Origin: Candidatus Multivoradales bacterium | Lineage (GTDB): Bacteria; Acidobacteriota; Thermoanaerobaculia; Multivoradales; JAHEKO01 | NCBI GenBank assembly: GCA_965223855.1 | Contig: CBDCXM010000008.1 | Coordinates: 64,001 to 128,000, forward strand | Length of the DNA: 64,000 nt | Direction: 5' to 3' | Part shown: piece by piece, positions 1 through 10,079 of the stretch | Numbering within the stretch: the stretch's first letter is position 1 | How the letters are laid out: each line of letters starts with the position of its first letter | Notes under the pieces: generated by a model | Databases searched by the model: none | What the model saw: the letters and a program-made list of their open reading frames with translations, nothing else | What the model was told of the DNA's origin: nothing | Program-made: the position numbers and the translations under genes

Positions 1-833
1 GAAACGTCGGCGTGGCCGAGCATCATCTGTACCGCCCTCAGATCGGCTCCATGCTCCAGAAGGTGTGTCGCGAAGCTGTGGCGAAGCACATGGGGTGACA
101 GTCGGGGCACTCCCGCCTGAACGCCGTAGCGACGCAGGTTCTTCCAGAAGCCCTGCCTCGTCATGCCGCGCCCGAGCCTCGAGACGAAGACCGTCTCGTG
201 CCTCCCGGCAGTGAGGTTCGGTCTCACTTCTTCCAGATAGGACTCCGTGTAGCCGACGGCCCGGTCGCCCACCGGTACGACCCTCTCCTTGCGCCCCTTG
301 CCGAAAGCGATCAGGAAACCGGCTTCGAGCCGGAGCTGCGTCAGCGTCAGCGTCACGAGCTCGGTAACTCTCAGACCTGTGGCGTACAGCAGCTCGAGCA
401 TCGCCCGGTCGCGGCGACCCAAGGGCTTCGAGAGATCGGGAGCGGCCAGCAGCGCTTCGACCTGGTCCTCCGAGAGAGTGCGTGGGAGTGTCTTCCATAC
501 TCTGGGTGATACGAGGTCCGCCGCCGGGTTGTCCTGTCGTTCGCCGATTCTGACCAGGAAGTCGAAGAATCCTCGGAGCGTGACCAGAGCGCGTCGTATC
601 GTGCGCGGCGACAGACCCGCCTCCCGCAGAGAGCGGAGATGCTCCGTCAGCAACGACGGGTCGACTTCCTCCCACGTGGCCCCGAACTCCTGCAGCTGCG
701 ACGCCAGCCTTCGCAAGTCCGAACCATAGGCTGCGACGGTGCGCGGCGAGAGACCTCGCTCATCCGCGAGGGAATCCAGATAGCGCCCGGGCAGCCGATC
801 GGCTCGAGTCACCGGCCTGGCCGGCATCGGCAT
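1..833 (-). CDS. xerD: Tyrosine recombinase XerD (3' end runs off the window)
   Basis: Manual minus-strand translation gives ...YLDSLADERGLSPRTVAAYGSDL... and the catalytic motif SPHVLRHSFATHLLEHGADLRAVQMMLGHADV. The ATG at 833 overlaps the upstream TGA. It is absent from the ORF track because it has no stop inside the window. Confidence 0.9.
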   Translation of the reverse strand, partial: MPMPARPVTRADRLPGRYLDSLADERGLSPRTVAAYGSDLRRLASQLQEFGATWEEVDPSLLTEHLRSLREAGLSPRTIRRALVTLRGFFDFLVRIGERQDNPAADLVSPRVWKTLPRTLSEDQVEALLAAPDLSKPLGRRDRAMLELLYATGLRVTELVTLTLTQLRLEAGFLIAFGKGRKERVVPVGDRAVGYTESYLEEVRPNLTAGRHETVFVSRLGRGMTRQGFWKNLRRYGVQAGVPRLSPHVLRHSFATHLLEHGADLRAVQMMLGHADV

Positions 834-2089
834 CAGCTCCCTGGGTCGGAGCCGCCCTCCTCCACCCCGGCAAGCTGGAGAATCTCGGCGTCGGTGAGAA
901 GGCGATCGGATTCCTTGGCTCGCGCGAAGACCCTGTCGACCGTCGCCTCGGTCGGCTCGACACCGCGATCACGAAGCCAGTAGACGACGTTCGAACGCCC
1001 GCACATCGGTCCCACCTCGATGCGCTGCCGCCGCCCGACGAGGGCCGCAGGAACTCCGGAATAGATGCGGTCCGCCAGCCAGTCCTCGCCCTTCTCCCGA
1101 GCCTTGATGATCGCCGCGGCGTGGACGCCGGTGCCGGTGCGAAAGGCATCCCTGCCGACCACGGGATAGTTGTCCGGCAGCGGCACGCCGGTCGTCTCAG
1201 CGACGAGACGGCAGTACTCGGGAAGCGAGGTCAGCTCCCGATCGGACCACCCCATCAGCTGCAGATTGATGAGAAGGAGGTCCATCGCGGTGTTGCCGAC
1301 CCTCTCGCCGATGCCGAGAGCGGTGCCGTGCAGACGGTCGGCGCCCGCCGCAGCCGCAGCGAGGGAGTTGATGACCGACAGGCCGCGGTCGCGATGCCCG
1401 TGCCAATCGACGGCGACTTCCTCTCCGGTGGCATCGACGACCCCCCTGAGGAAGCTGACGATGCGCGCCACCCCGTTGGGCGTGGCGTGCCCGACGGTGT
1501 CGGCGATACAGACCCTGCGCGCTCCGGCCTCCACGGCCGCCGTGTAGAGGGCCTCGAGGTCCCGCGGCCGCGCTCGAGTGGTGTCCTCGGTCACGTACAT
1601 CACCGGGAGACCCTCTCCGACAGCGAGAGAGACGGCATCGCGGGTCAGGGCGAGCAGCCGCTCGAGGTCCCAGTTCTCCGTGAACTGACGGATCGGGCTC
1701 GAGCCCAGGAAGCAGGCGACTTCGATCGCCACACCGGTCCGTTGGGAGATCTCCACGATCGGCCGGATATCAGCCTCGAGCGTCCGAGCGGCGCAATTGG
1801 GGGCGATCGGCAGACGCTGGTCGACGATCTCCCGGGCCAGGCGAGTGACGTCTTCCACGACGTGGGCCCCGGCACCGGGAAGACCGATGTTCGCCGACTC
1901 GATGCGGAGATCGGCGATCAGGTGGAGGATTCTGAGCTTGTCGTCGATCGACGGGCTGCGGACCGAAGGGGACTGCAGCCCGTCGCGCAAGGTCTCGTCG
2001 TCGAGTTCGACGGTTCCACGAGCCGGACGCATCTCGCCGTCCCCGGCGAGATTCCAGTCGTAGATGAGCTCGGATTCGGAGAACGCCAC
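833..2089 (-). CDS. leuA: LeuA-family (2-isopropylmalate/homocitrate synthase-like) DRE-TIM enzyme, short form without the C-terminal regulatory domain
   Basis: DETLRDGLQ, HGHRDRG and GIGERVGN motifs; 418 aa. Confidence 0.75.
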   Translation of the reverse strand: MAFSESELIYDWNLAGDGEMRPARGTVELDDETLRDGLQSPSVRSPSIDDKLRILHLIADLRIESANIGLPGAGAHVVEDVTRLAREIVDQRLPIAPNCAARTLEADIRPIVEISQRTGVAIEVACFLGSSPIRQFTENWDLERLLALTRDAVSLAVGEGLPVMYVTEDTTRARPRDLEALYTAAVEAGARRVCIADTVGHATPNGVARIVSFLRGVVDATGEEVAVDWHGHRDRGLSVINSLAAAAAGADRLHGTALGIGERVGNTAMDLLLINLQLMGWSDRELTSLPEYCRLVAETTGVPLPDNYPVVGRDAFRTGTGVHAAAIIKAREKGEDWLADRIYSGVPAALVGRRQRIEVGPMCGRSNVVYWLRDRGVEPTEATVDRVFARAKESDRLLTDAEILQLAGVEEGGSDPGS

Positions 2090-2095
2090 GAAGCG

Positions 2096-2101
2096 ATTAT
2101 A
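2096..2101 (-). promoter_or_regulatory. TATAAT -10 element 6 nt upstream of the leuA GTG (leaderless-type promoter)
   Basis: Minus strand reads TATAAT-CGCTTC-GTG; no SD present. Confidence 0.55.
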
Positions 2102-2143
2102 GGGGGGCGGCGGATGGAGGGCAGGAAACGCCGGGCGACCCTC

Positions 2144-3238
2144 TCAGAGCCCACCTTCCGAAGCCACGGCAGCCGCCAGTCGGTCGCCGACTTCCGAGGT
2201 GGTCGCCTCGCCGCCGAGGTCCGGAGTCGAGATGCCCGCCCGGATCAGATCCCCGATCGCACGGTCGAGCGTACGCGCCGCCTCCGCGTGCCCGAGCTCC
2301 TCCAGCAGCAGGGCTACGGAAGCGGCCGCTCCCACCGGATTGGCACGCCCCGACCCGGCGTACTTGGGTGCCGAACCGTGCACCGGCTCGAACATCGAGA
2401 CCCGCCCCGGGTGGAGATTGGCCGATGCGGCGACACCCAACCCGCCCTGCAGCGCGGCGCCGAGGTCCGTCAGGATGTCGCCGAACATGTTGTTGGTGAC
2501 GATCACGTCGAACGACTCCGGCTTGCGGACGAGCTGCATCGCCAACGCATCGACGAAGTAGTGACTCGTTTCGACGGTCGGGTAGTCCTCGGCGACTTCG
2601 AGGAACGCCCGCTGCCAGAGATCGTGGCCGAACTGCATGACGTTCGACTTGTCAGCCATGCACACGTTCGGGCGATCGTGCTCGACCGCCCAGTCGAAGG
2701 CCGCCCGTAGGATCCTCTCCACCCCCTTGCGGGTGTGAATCTCCTCCTGCACCGCGACCTCGTCGGCGGTGCCCTTCTTGAAATTGCCGCCGACGCCGAC
2801 GTAGGCGCCCTCGGTGTTCTCCCGGAAGACGACGAAGTCGATGTCGGATGCCCGCTTGTCGACGAGCGGGCACAACTCGTCCGAATAGAGCCGGATCGGC
2901 CGGTAGTTGATGTAGAGATCGAGGCCGAAGCGGATGCCGAGCAGGATGTCGGCGGCATGCTTCATGTCCGGGACCCGCGGATCGCCGTAGGCGCCGATGA
3001 AGATCGCCGCGTACTCGTCGCGAAACGTCTCGAGCGCCCCTTCCGGCAGGGTCTCACCCGTCTCGAGGTAGCGGTCGGCGTCCCAGGGCAGCGAGACCAG
3101 CTCGAGCGGCAGGTTCCAGCGCTCCTTGGCGGCCTCCAGGATCTTGACCGCCTCCGCCGTCACGTCCTTGCCGATGCCGTCTCCGGCCAGCACGGCGACC
3201 TTCTGCGGCCTCCGGTCTCTTGGAGGTGTCCGGTTCAC
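2144..3238 (-). CDS. leuB: 3-isopropylmalate dehydrogenase / beta-decarboxylating dehydrogenase
   Basis: GDGIG, RENTEG, NMFGDILTD and FEPVHGSAP motifs. Confidence 0.8.
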   Translation of the reverse strand: MNRTPPRDRRPQKVAVLAGDGIGKDVTAEAVKILEAAKERWNLPLELVSLPWDADRYLETGETLPEGALETFRDEYAAIFIGAYGDPRVPDMKHAADILLGIRFGLDLYINYRPIRLYSDELCPLVDKRASDIDFVVFRENTEGAYVGVGGNFKKGTADEVAVQEEIHTRKGVERILRAAFDWAVEHDRPNVCMADKSNVMQFGHDLWQRAFLEVAEDYPTVETSHYFVDALAMQLVRKPESFDVIVTNNMFGDILTDLGAALQGGLGVAASANLHPGRVSMFEPVHGSAPKYAGSGRANPVGAAASVALLLEELGHAEAARTLDRAIGDLIRAGISTPDLGGEATTSEVGDRLAAAVASEGGL

Positions 3239-3561
3239 GAGCCGCGCACCTCGCAGGATCGGCGCGACGAGCGCGGATGGAACCGTCCCTTCATCCGCGG
3301 CAAGATATCAGAGCCTCCAGACTCGCCCGCCTGGCGTCGAAGGTTGGGTCAATAGCCCTCTCGTCTTCGCCTGTTGCTGGTCCCCTTCCGTGATTCCACA
3401 GGCATGGCGAAGGGCTTACGGGTACGACTTCACTGACCGTCGTCTGGGGCGGAGCGGCGGCCATCCTCTACCCGCCTCCTGCCGGTTCGGGCTCCCGCTG
3501 CTTCCGCAGGGCGAAGCCGCAGCCGTCGAAGCTCTCGTCGGTCGACAAGGTCCGGAAACTG

Positions 3562-4293
3562 CTAGCCGGGGGCCGGCAGACGCCGATCGATCGCCTCGCG
3601 GCCGGCGGAATCGACGACGAAGCGCATCGGCATCTCCGGACAGATCCAGGCCGAATGCAGCTCCGGCGGTCGGCCCGGGAAGCAACGTCGCAACATCCCG
3701 TCGCGATGGATCTCAACCCTGGCGGGATGCAGTTCAGTCGCCTCGTGGCCGGTCTCCACGCGCGTGAGGCCACGCGGACCGAGAATGTAGCCCCGGTCAC
3801 GTCGCCGGACGTAGTGACAGGTCGCCTCCCAGGAGCCGAAGTCGGGGCTGCCCATGAGGGTGGGAGAGGCGACTTCGGCCGACAGGTCGAGTCGCCCCTC
3901 GGCGAGGACTCGCCACCTGCGTCTTCCGGTAGGCGCCGACGCTGTCTTCGGAAACGTCATCGCCGCAGGCCTCAACTCCCGCCGGCCTGACAGGCGGGCC
4001 AGAGCCGTCACCCACGTCGGTGCCATCAGGCGATGAAAGGCCACCGCAGGAATGCCGTCGCCGTCGGTGACATAGAAGCGGACGTTGCACTGGGGGTAGC
4101 TCAGGCGCACGAGGGGGAACGACTCGAACCGGAAGCCGGTCTGGCGGAAGAGAAGGGTCGAGACGAGCGCGCAGCGCCCCTCGGACCCCTCGTGGAGCTC
4201 GTAGGCGAGAGGTTCCGGCAAGGCTGGCAGAACCGAGGCCTCGACCGTCCAATTGACGTAGAGGCAGTCCCGAACGACGGTACGGAGGATCAT
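3562..4293 (-). CDS. DUF2071 (YqjF-like) family protein
   Basis: Pattern 'LYVNW...LPEPL...YPQCNVRFYV...G' typical of DUF2071. Confidence 0.6.
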   Translation of the reverse strand: MILRTVVRDCLYVNWTVEASVLPALPEPLAYELHEGSEGRCALVSTLLFRQTGFRFESFPLVRLSYPQCNVRFYVTDGDGIPAVAFHRLMAPTWVTALARLSGRRELRPAAMTFPKTASAPTGRRRWRVLAEGRLDLSAEVASPTLMGSPDFGSWEATCHYVRRRDRGYILGPRGLTRVETGHEATELHPARVEIHRDGMLRRCFPGRPPELHSAWICPEMPMRFVVDSAGREAIDRRLPAPG

Positions 4294-4341
4294 TGGCCCT
4301 AGGGTAGAGTGCGCGCTCTCGCAACCTATCAGGAGGTCAGG

Positions 4342-6042
4342 ATGCCACTCAATCCGCCACGTTCTCTCGTCACACTCGCCCTCGTGTTGCTCTCAGGCTG
4401 CACCTCCCCGGTTCCCGAGAATCCGCCCGCAGAGGACGGAGCGAGCATGGAGATTCCCGAAGAGGTGCGCAGCGCCGCCGAGGCCGTCTCCGCCGCCGGA
4501 TTACGAGAGACCATCGCCGAACTGGCGAGCGATGCGTACGGCGGCAGGGGGCCGGCGAGCGAGGGCGACCGGATGACCCAGCAGTATCTCGCTGCCCGTC
4601 TCGAGGGACTGGGGCTTTCTCCCGGCGCCGCCGACGGCGGCTGGTTCCAGCCGTTCGACATCGTCAGCGTGACCGCCTCCGCCCCTGCCACCTGGACCTT
4701 CGAGGGCGCCGATACCACCGTCGATCTGGCGCACTGGGACGACTTCATCGCCGCTTCCGGCGTCCAGAGCGAGACTGCGCGGATCGAAGACGCCGAGTTG
4801 ATCTTCGTCGGCTACGGCATCCAGGCACCCGAGTACGGGTGGGACGACCTCGGAACCGCCGATCTCGCCGGCAAGGTCCTCGTGATGCTCAACAACGACC
4901 CGGACTGGGACGACGAGCTGTTCGAGGGCGACCGGCGGCTCTACTACGGACGCTGGACCTACAAGTACGAGACGGCAGCCCGGGTCGGCGCGGCCGGTGC
5001 GATCATCATCCACACCACTCCGTCGGCCGGCTATCCCTACCAGGTGGTGCAGACTTCCTGGACGGGTCCGCAGTTCGAGCTGCCGGCCGACGCCGCCGCC
5101 ACGACCCAGATCGAAGGCTGGGTCACGGAAGCTGCGGCGCGTGAGGTCGTCGCCGCAGGCGGTCACGATCTCGACGAACTCGTCGAGGCGGCCCGGAGTC
5201 GTGACTTCCAGCCGGTGCCGCTGGGCGTGAGCACTTCGCTGACGCTCACGAACGAAGTCTCGAGGGTCGAAACGGCGAACGTCCTCGGACTTCTCGAAGG
5301 GGCCGATCCCGACCTCGCCGACGAGGTCGTCGTCCTGACCGCGCACCATGACCACCTGGGCGTCGGTCAGCCCGATGCCGACGGCGACACGATCTACAAC
5401 GGCGCGCTCGACAACGCCGCAGGTGTCGCTCAGATACTCGAAGCGCTGAGGGCGCTCCAGGCGGTCGGCGAGCGCCCCCGCCGCTCGGTGCTCGCGCTCT
5501 TCGTCGCCGCCGAGGAGCAGGGGCTTCTCGGCTCCGCCTTCTATGCCCGCAACCCGACCTTCCCGGCCGGTGCGATCGCAGGCAACGTCAACCTCGACGG
5601 CGGCAACATCTGGGGGCGGACGGAGGACGTCACCTTCATCGGCTACGGCAAGTCGTCCCTCGACGCCGTCGTCGAGCGGCACGCGGGGAGCCAGGACCGC
5701 ATCGTCGTGGGCGACCAGTTCCCGGATCGCGGCTTCTTCTACCGCTCCGACCAGTTCAACTTCGCCCGGATCGGCGTTCCCGCGATCTACCTCGACGTCG
5801 GCTCGCGCTTTCGCGACCGTCCCGAAGGGTGGGGCCAGGAGCAGATCGAAGCGTGGGAGCGTGACATCTACCACCAGCCGAGTGACGAGCTGGAGGAGGA
5901 CTGGAACTTCGACGGCATGGTCGAGGACGCCCGCCTGGCGTTCCTGTGCACCTACGAGATCGCCAACGACGACGAGCTACCGCGCTGGAACCCGGGCGAC
6001 GAGTTCGAAGCAGCACGGCTGGCGGCGCTCAGCTCACGTTAG
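4342..6042 (+). CDS. M28 family metallopeptidase with PA domain, lipoprotein
   Basis: Lipobox LSGC; AHHDHLG, NGALDNAAG, AEEQGLLGS, RSDQF and YHQPSD motifs; SD CAGGAGG before the ATG. Confidence 0.9.
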   Translation: MPLNPPRSLVTLALVLLSGCTSPVPENPPAEDGASMEIPEEVRSAAEAVSAAGLRETIAELASDAYGGRGPASEGDRMTQQYLAARLEGLGLSPGAADGGWFQPFDIVSVTASAPATWTFEGADTTVDLAHWDDFIAASGVQSETARIEDAELIFVGYGIQAPEYGWDDLGTADLAGKVLVMLNNDPDWDDELFEGDRRLYYGRWTYKYETAARVGAAGAIIIHTTPSAGYPYQVVQTSWTGPQFELPADAAATTQIEGWVTEAAAREVVAAGGHDLDELVEAARSRDFQPVPLGVSTSLTLTNEVSRVETANVLGLLEGADPDLADEVVVLTAHHDHLGVGQPDADGDTIYNGALDNAAGVAQILEALRALQAVGERPRRSVLALFVAAEEQGLLGSAFYARNPTFPAGAIAGNVNLDGGNIWGRTEDVTFIGYGKSSLDAVVERHAGSQDRIVVGDQFPDRGFFYRSDQFNFARIGVPAIYLDVGSRFRDRPEGWGQEQIEAWERDIYHQPSDELEEDWNFDGMVEDARLAFLCTYEIANDDELPRWNPGDEFEAARLAALSSR

Positions 6043-6090
6043 GGGCGGCGCCCCCGCAGCGCCCGAAGTGCGATGCCGGGCCGAGGTCGC

Positions 6091-6342
6091 TCAGGCGTCC
6101 TCGGCTGCCAGTCGGGAGTGCGAGCCGTCGCACATCGGAGAACCGTCCGTATGCTTGCAGCCGCAGAAGGCGACGTGACGCCGTTCCTCGACCTCGAGCA
6201 TCACCGGGCGGAACTCCGTCCCCTTGTGCGAGCCGTCGCAGTAGGGCTGATTCTGCGACTCTCCGCAGGAGCACCAGAAGTAGCGGCCGGGCTCGACCTC
6301 TAGGACGTAAGGGGTTCGCTGGGGGATCTTGGGATCGGGCAT
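6091..6342 (-). CDS. Tandem CDGSH iron-sulfur domain protein (MiNT-like)
   Basis: Two CxCxx..PxCDGSH motifs. Confidence 0.92.
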   Translation of the reverse strand: MPDPKIPQRTPYVLEVEPGRYFWCSCGESQNQPYCDGSHKGTEFRPVMLEVEERRHVAFCGCKHTDGSPMCDGSHSRLAAEDA

Positions 6343-6359
6343 GACGCCTCCGCTCTCGT

Positions 6360-7387
6360 TCAGGACTGCGTGACCTCGGCTACCGCTCGCTCGAAGCGTT
6401 CGAGATACCGGGCCCGCTCTTCTTCCGACAGGAAAGCGTGCTCGAAGGCCGCCCTCGCGAGCTCGATCATCTCTCCGGCACTATAGCCGAAGGCCTCTGA
6501 GACGGATTCGTACTCCGCAAGGAGGGTCGTTCCGAAGAGGGGTGGGTCGTCGGAGCTGATCGAAAGGGCGACCCCCTCCGCCACAGACGATCGAGCGGAT
6601 GCTCGGCGATCGACGGGGCATATCCGAGCCGGACGTTCGACGTCGGGCACACCTCGAGCGGCACTCGCTCCGCGACCAGCCGGCGGATCAGTGCCGGATC
6701 GCCGACCGCCGAGATTCCGTGGCCGATCCGCTCGGGAGAGCAGATGTCGAGCACCTCGCGCACGGCGTCCGGCCCGGTCTGCTCACCGGCGTGAGCCGTC
6801 GTCGCCAGACCGGCACTGCGAGCCTCCTCGAAGTGCTCGCGGAAAGGGGCGACCGGGTGTCCTTCGATCCCCGCCAGCCCGAGTGCCACGACGAGCCCCC
6901 CCTGGTGCCGGAGCGCCCACTCGAGCGTCCGGTCGGCACGCTCGACCTCCAGATTGCGCACGATGTCGGGGATCAGCCTGACCTCGACCCCGCGCCGACG
7001 GCCGGCGTCGAAGGCGGCGCTCAGCGCCTCGGCGATCTCGTCCCCGCAGAGACCGCGCGCCAGATGGGTCGAGATCGTGAAGTGCACCTCGCTGTAGACG
7101 ACGTTCTGAGCCGCCTGCGCATCGACGAACGCCTCCGCCAGCCGCCCGAAGTCCTCCGGTTCACGGAGGCAGTCCGAGCAGGCGAGATAGATCTCGACGA
7201 AGTGCTCGAAGTCGCGAAAGACGAACCAATCCCGGACTCCCGCCAGGTCGGCGGCCGGCAGCTCCACGCCGTGGCGCCGAGCCAGCTCGAGGAGCAGCTC
7301 CGGCGGCATCGCCCCCTCGAGATGGACATGGAGCTCCGCCTTGGGGAGCGCTCGCAGAAGGGCCGCGATCGCCGGCGACTCAGCCAG
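6360..7387 (-). CDS. add: Adenosine deaminase, split by a one-base-deletion frameshift near 6582 (probable sequencing error); likely CTG start
   Basis: LPKAELHVHLEG, HAGE, RIGHG and EVCPTSN in one frame; SISSDDPPLFGTTL continues in another frame. Confidence 0.85.
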
Positions 7388-7880
7388 GAAAACGCTCGCT
7401 TCGGATCCGAGCCAGCTTCTCGAGGACTCTCGGCGGCACCAGCCCGGTGAGATCGCCGCCGAGCATGAACACCTCCTTGACGAGACGACTCGAGAGGTAG
7501 ATGCAGTCCTCGCGCGGCATCATGAACACCGTCTCCACCTCAGGGTTGAGCCGCCGGTTCATGAGAGCCATCTGAAACTCGTACTCGAAGTCCGACACGG
7601 CGCGAAGGCCACGCACGATCGTCCGCGCGCCGACCGAATCCATGTAGTCGACGAGCAGGCCCGAGAAGCTCTCCGTTCGGCAGTCGTCGTAGCCTTCGAG
7701 CTCGGCGTCGATCATCGCTACCCGCTCCTCGGTCGAGAAGGAGGGCACTTTCTCCTCGTTGCTGAGGACCGCAACGATGGTCTCGTCGAACACCTTCCGG
7801 CAGCGTTCGACGATGTCGAGATGGCCGTTGTGGATCGGATCGAAGGAACCCGCGTAGACGGCGATCCTTGAGTGGCTCAC
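7380..7880 (-). CDS. coaD: Phosphopantetheine adenylyltransferase
   Basis: YAGSFDPIHNGH and RGLRAVSDFEYEFQMALMNR; GTG start overlaps the upstream TGA. Confidence 0.95.
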   Translation of the reverse strand: MSHSRIAVYAGSFDPIHNGHLDIVERCRKVFDETIVAVLSNEEKVPSFSTEERVAMIDAELEGYDDCRTESFSGLLVDYMDSVGARTIVRGLRAVSDFEYEFQMALMNRRLNPEVETVFMMPREDCIYLSSRLVKEVFMLGGDLTGLVPPRVLEKLARIRSERFPG

Positions 7881-10079
7881 GGCGTCTCCTCCCGCACCTC
7901 GAAGGTCGTCGAGTTGAACGCGGCGTCCATGACACGAAGCAGGACGAGACCCGCATCGGGCTGAGGCTCGACGACCAGAGTCTCCGACTTGCCGTCGAGC
8001 AGGCCGTCCTCGGACCTCGCGGGCGACCACTCTCCCGCATCGATCGACACCTCGGCGCTGCGAATCGGGCTCAGCGCGTCGGCCACCCGGACCGTTCGCC
8101 CGGTGACGAGGTCGAGACTCGGAGGTGAGTGATCGACCACCACAGGCGCCGAGGTCATGGCCACCTCTCTGCCCTCCGACTCGTCGTTGGCGCCTCCGTC
8201 GCTGGCCGTCAGCTGGAATCGGTAGACGCCGTCGGGCAGCACCGTGGCATCGAAGCCGTAGTAGGTCTCGTCGATACCCTCAGCGAGGGGAAACCACCGC
8301 TGCGCGCCACGGCCTGGCTCGGGACGGAAGTGAAGGTCGTACTCGAGCGGGTCGCCGTTCGCGTCCTCGGCCTCCCAACGCAGGGTCAGGTATCCCTTTC
8401 GCCAGAGTGTCTTGAGCCTGCCGTTCGAGCCTCGCTGCGTCGGCTCGAGGACGGTGAACATCCCTTCCCGGTCCGGATGAGCCGGCTCGTAGATCTGGTC
8501 TCCGGGGTTGAAGGACGACGGCACCAGCACCTGCCCTGGAGCCATCGCTTCGAACGAGCGAATCGTCGGCGCACGATTGTGCTGCCGGTACGAGACCTCG
8601 ACAGAGGTCACCGCCGCCTGCTCCCCGAAGCCAGGGCTCGAGCTGGAGACGCCACTGCACGTAGCGCCCTGCCGGCACCTCGGCGAGGTCGATCTCGCGA
8701 CCGCTCCGCGCTGCGCTCCAGCCCGACCAGGTTCGATCGGGAGTCGAACTCGAGCCGCTGCGAACGCTGAAAAGGACGGCGGACTCGTCGTCGGCCGATC
8801 CGAGCCACCGCAGACGACCGAAGCGGGCGGTCGCCTCGGCATCGAGCGGCTGGCTGAGGTAGGTGCCGCCCTGCCCGCGGCCGGCGGCGGTGTAGACCGC
8901 AGCGCCGTTCGTCGTCACCAGAGACGCCGGCTCGCCCCCGAAGAGGGCGACGACCTGCCGGTCTCCGGCCGTCGCCTCCAGCGACAGCCCCTCCGGATAG
9001 AGAGAGTAGACCTTCCCTTCGACGCCGGTGCCGAGCCAGACCCGCCCGTCGATCCAGGCCAGGGCATAGCCGGTCTCCTCGTCGAGCCTGGCGACCTCCT
9101 CCGCTCCGGTGGCACCGCGACCCGCGAGGAGGATCGTACGTGGAGTCGACGCGGCGCTGTCCACACTCTCTGCCGGTTCCACCGAGACCTCCACGGCAGG
9201 CTCCTGAGCCGAGCCCCCGTTCGCGCCCTGCCGCGGCGCCGAAAGCGAGGCTTCCGACGACACCGCTGCCGCGAACCACCGTCCCTCCGGTGAGGCTGCG
9301 AAACCGACGACCTCCGGCAGGTCGGAGTCGTACACGGTGCGGACCGAGCCGTCGGCGGTGAGCGAGAGAACGCGCCCCTCACCGGACGTGCCAACGAGAA
9401 CCTGGTCGCCGACCGCGAGCAGACTTCGCAGGTGGGGTTCCTCGCTCTCGTAGAGCAGGGTCGAGGCGCCGTCGCCGTCGATCGCGTAGAGATGCCCCGG
9501 ATCGCCGGTCGCGACGATCAGTTCGCCCCAGGGAGCGCGGGCGATGGACCAGACGTAGGTCGCCTCGGGATCGAAGATCTTCTCCGCCTCCCCGTTCTCG
9601 AGCCCACCGGATTCGAGTTCACCGGACTCGAGTTCATAGACTCCCCCTCGCGGCGACGAGCCGACGTAGACCGCCCCCTCCTCGGCATGGAGCGCGAAGA
9701 TCTCCGGCTCGGGAGCCGTCCACGCGGTCCGGACACTGCCGTCGTCGCCCACTTCGAGAAGACGGCCGGCGTTCCCGGTTCCGAGCCACCAGCCGTTGGG
9801 CGAACGCACGGCGGAGAAGACATAGGGCTCCTCGATTTCTGCACCGCGCTCGAAGCGGGTCGCGGGCCGTAGCGCACCTTCCGCCGTGAGAGCCAATCCC
9901 TCCAGGGTTCCTCTCGAGAGCTCCGCGCGCGTTCGCTGCCGGAAGATCCTCGTCTCCGTTGCCTCGAGAAGTCCGGCCAGGGTCGAGAGCGTCACCACCC
10001 AGATCCAGATCGCCCTACGGCCCCGGCGGTTGCCCTTGCGAGCTCGAGTCGTGTTCATCGGTTGTTTCCCTCTCGTCAT
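7877..10079 (-). CDS. Secreted beta-propeller / FN3-like protein (SpoIVB-associated type), split by a one-base-insertion frameshift near 8635
   Basis: Signal peptide and WD-like repeats in ORF 8280..10508, continuing into the C-terminal part of ORF 7877..8842 (VTSVEVSY..WEAEDANGDPLEYDL..DG.Y.F.LTASD). Confidence 0.7.
9598..9635 (-). repeat. In-frame 15-bp tandem repeat (ELESG x~2.5)
   Basis: tcgagcccaccggat/tcgagttcaccggac/tcgagttc. Confidence 0.6.

Noticed and set aside
1-833. Tyrosine recombinase as a phage or island integrase
   Set aside because: The motifs are XerD-like, the gene is translationally coupled to leuA, and no att site, tRNA or phage genes are nearby.
3240-3565. Possible small + strand gene ending at the CTAG shared with DUF2071
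   Set aside because: No clean start, SD or frame without invoking a frameshift, and no recognisable motif.
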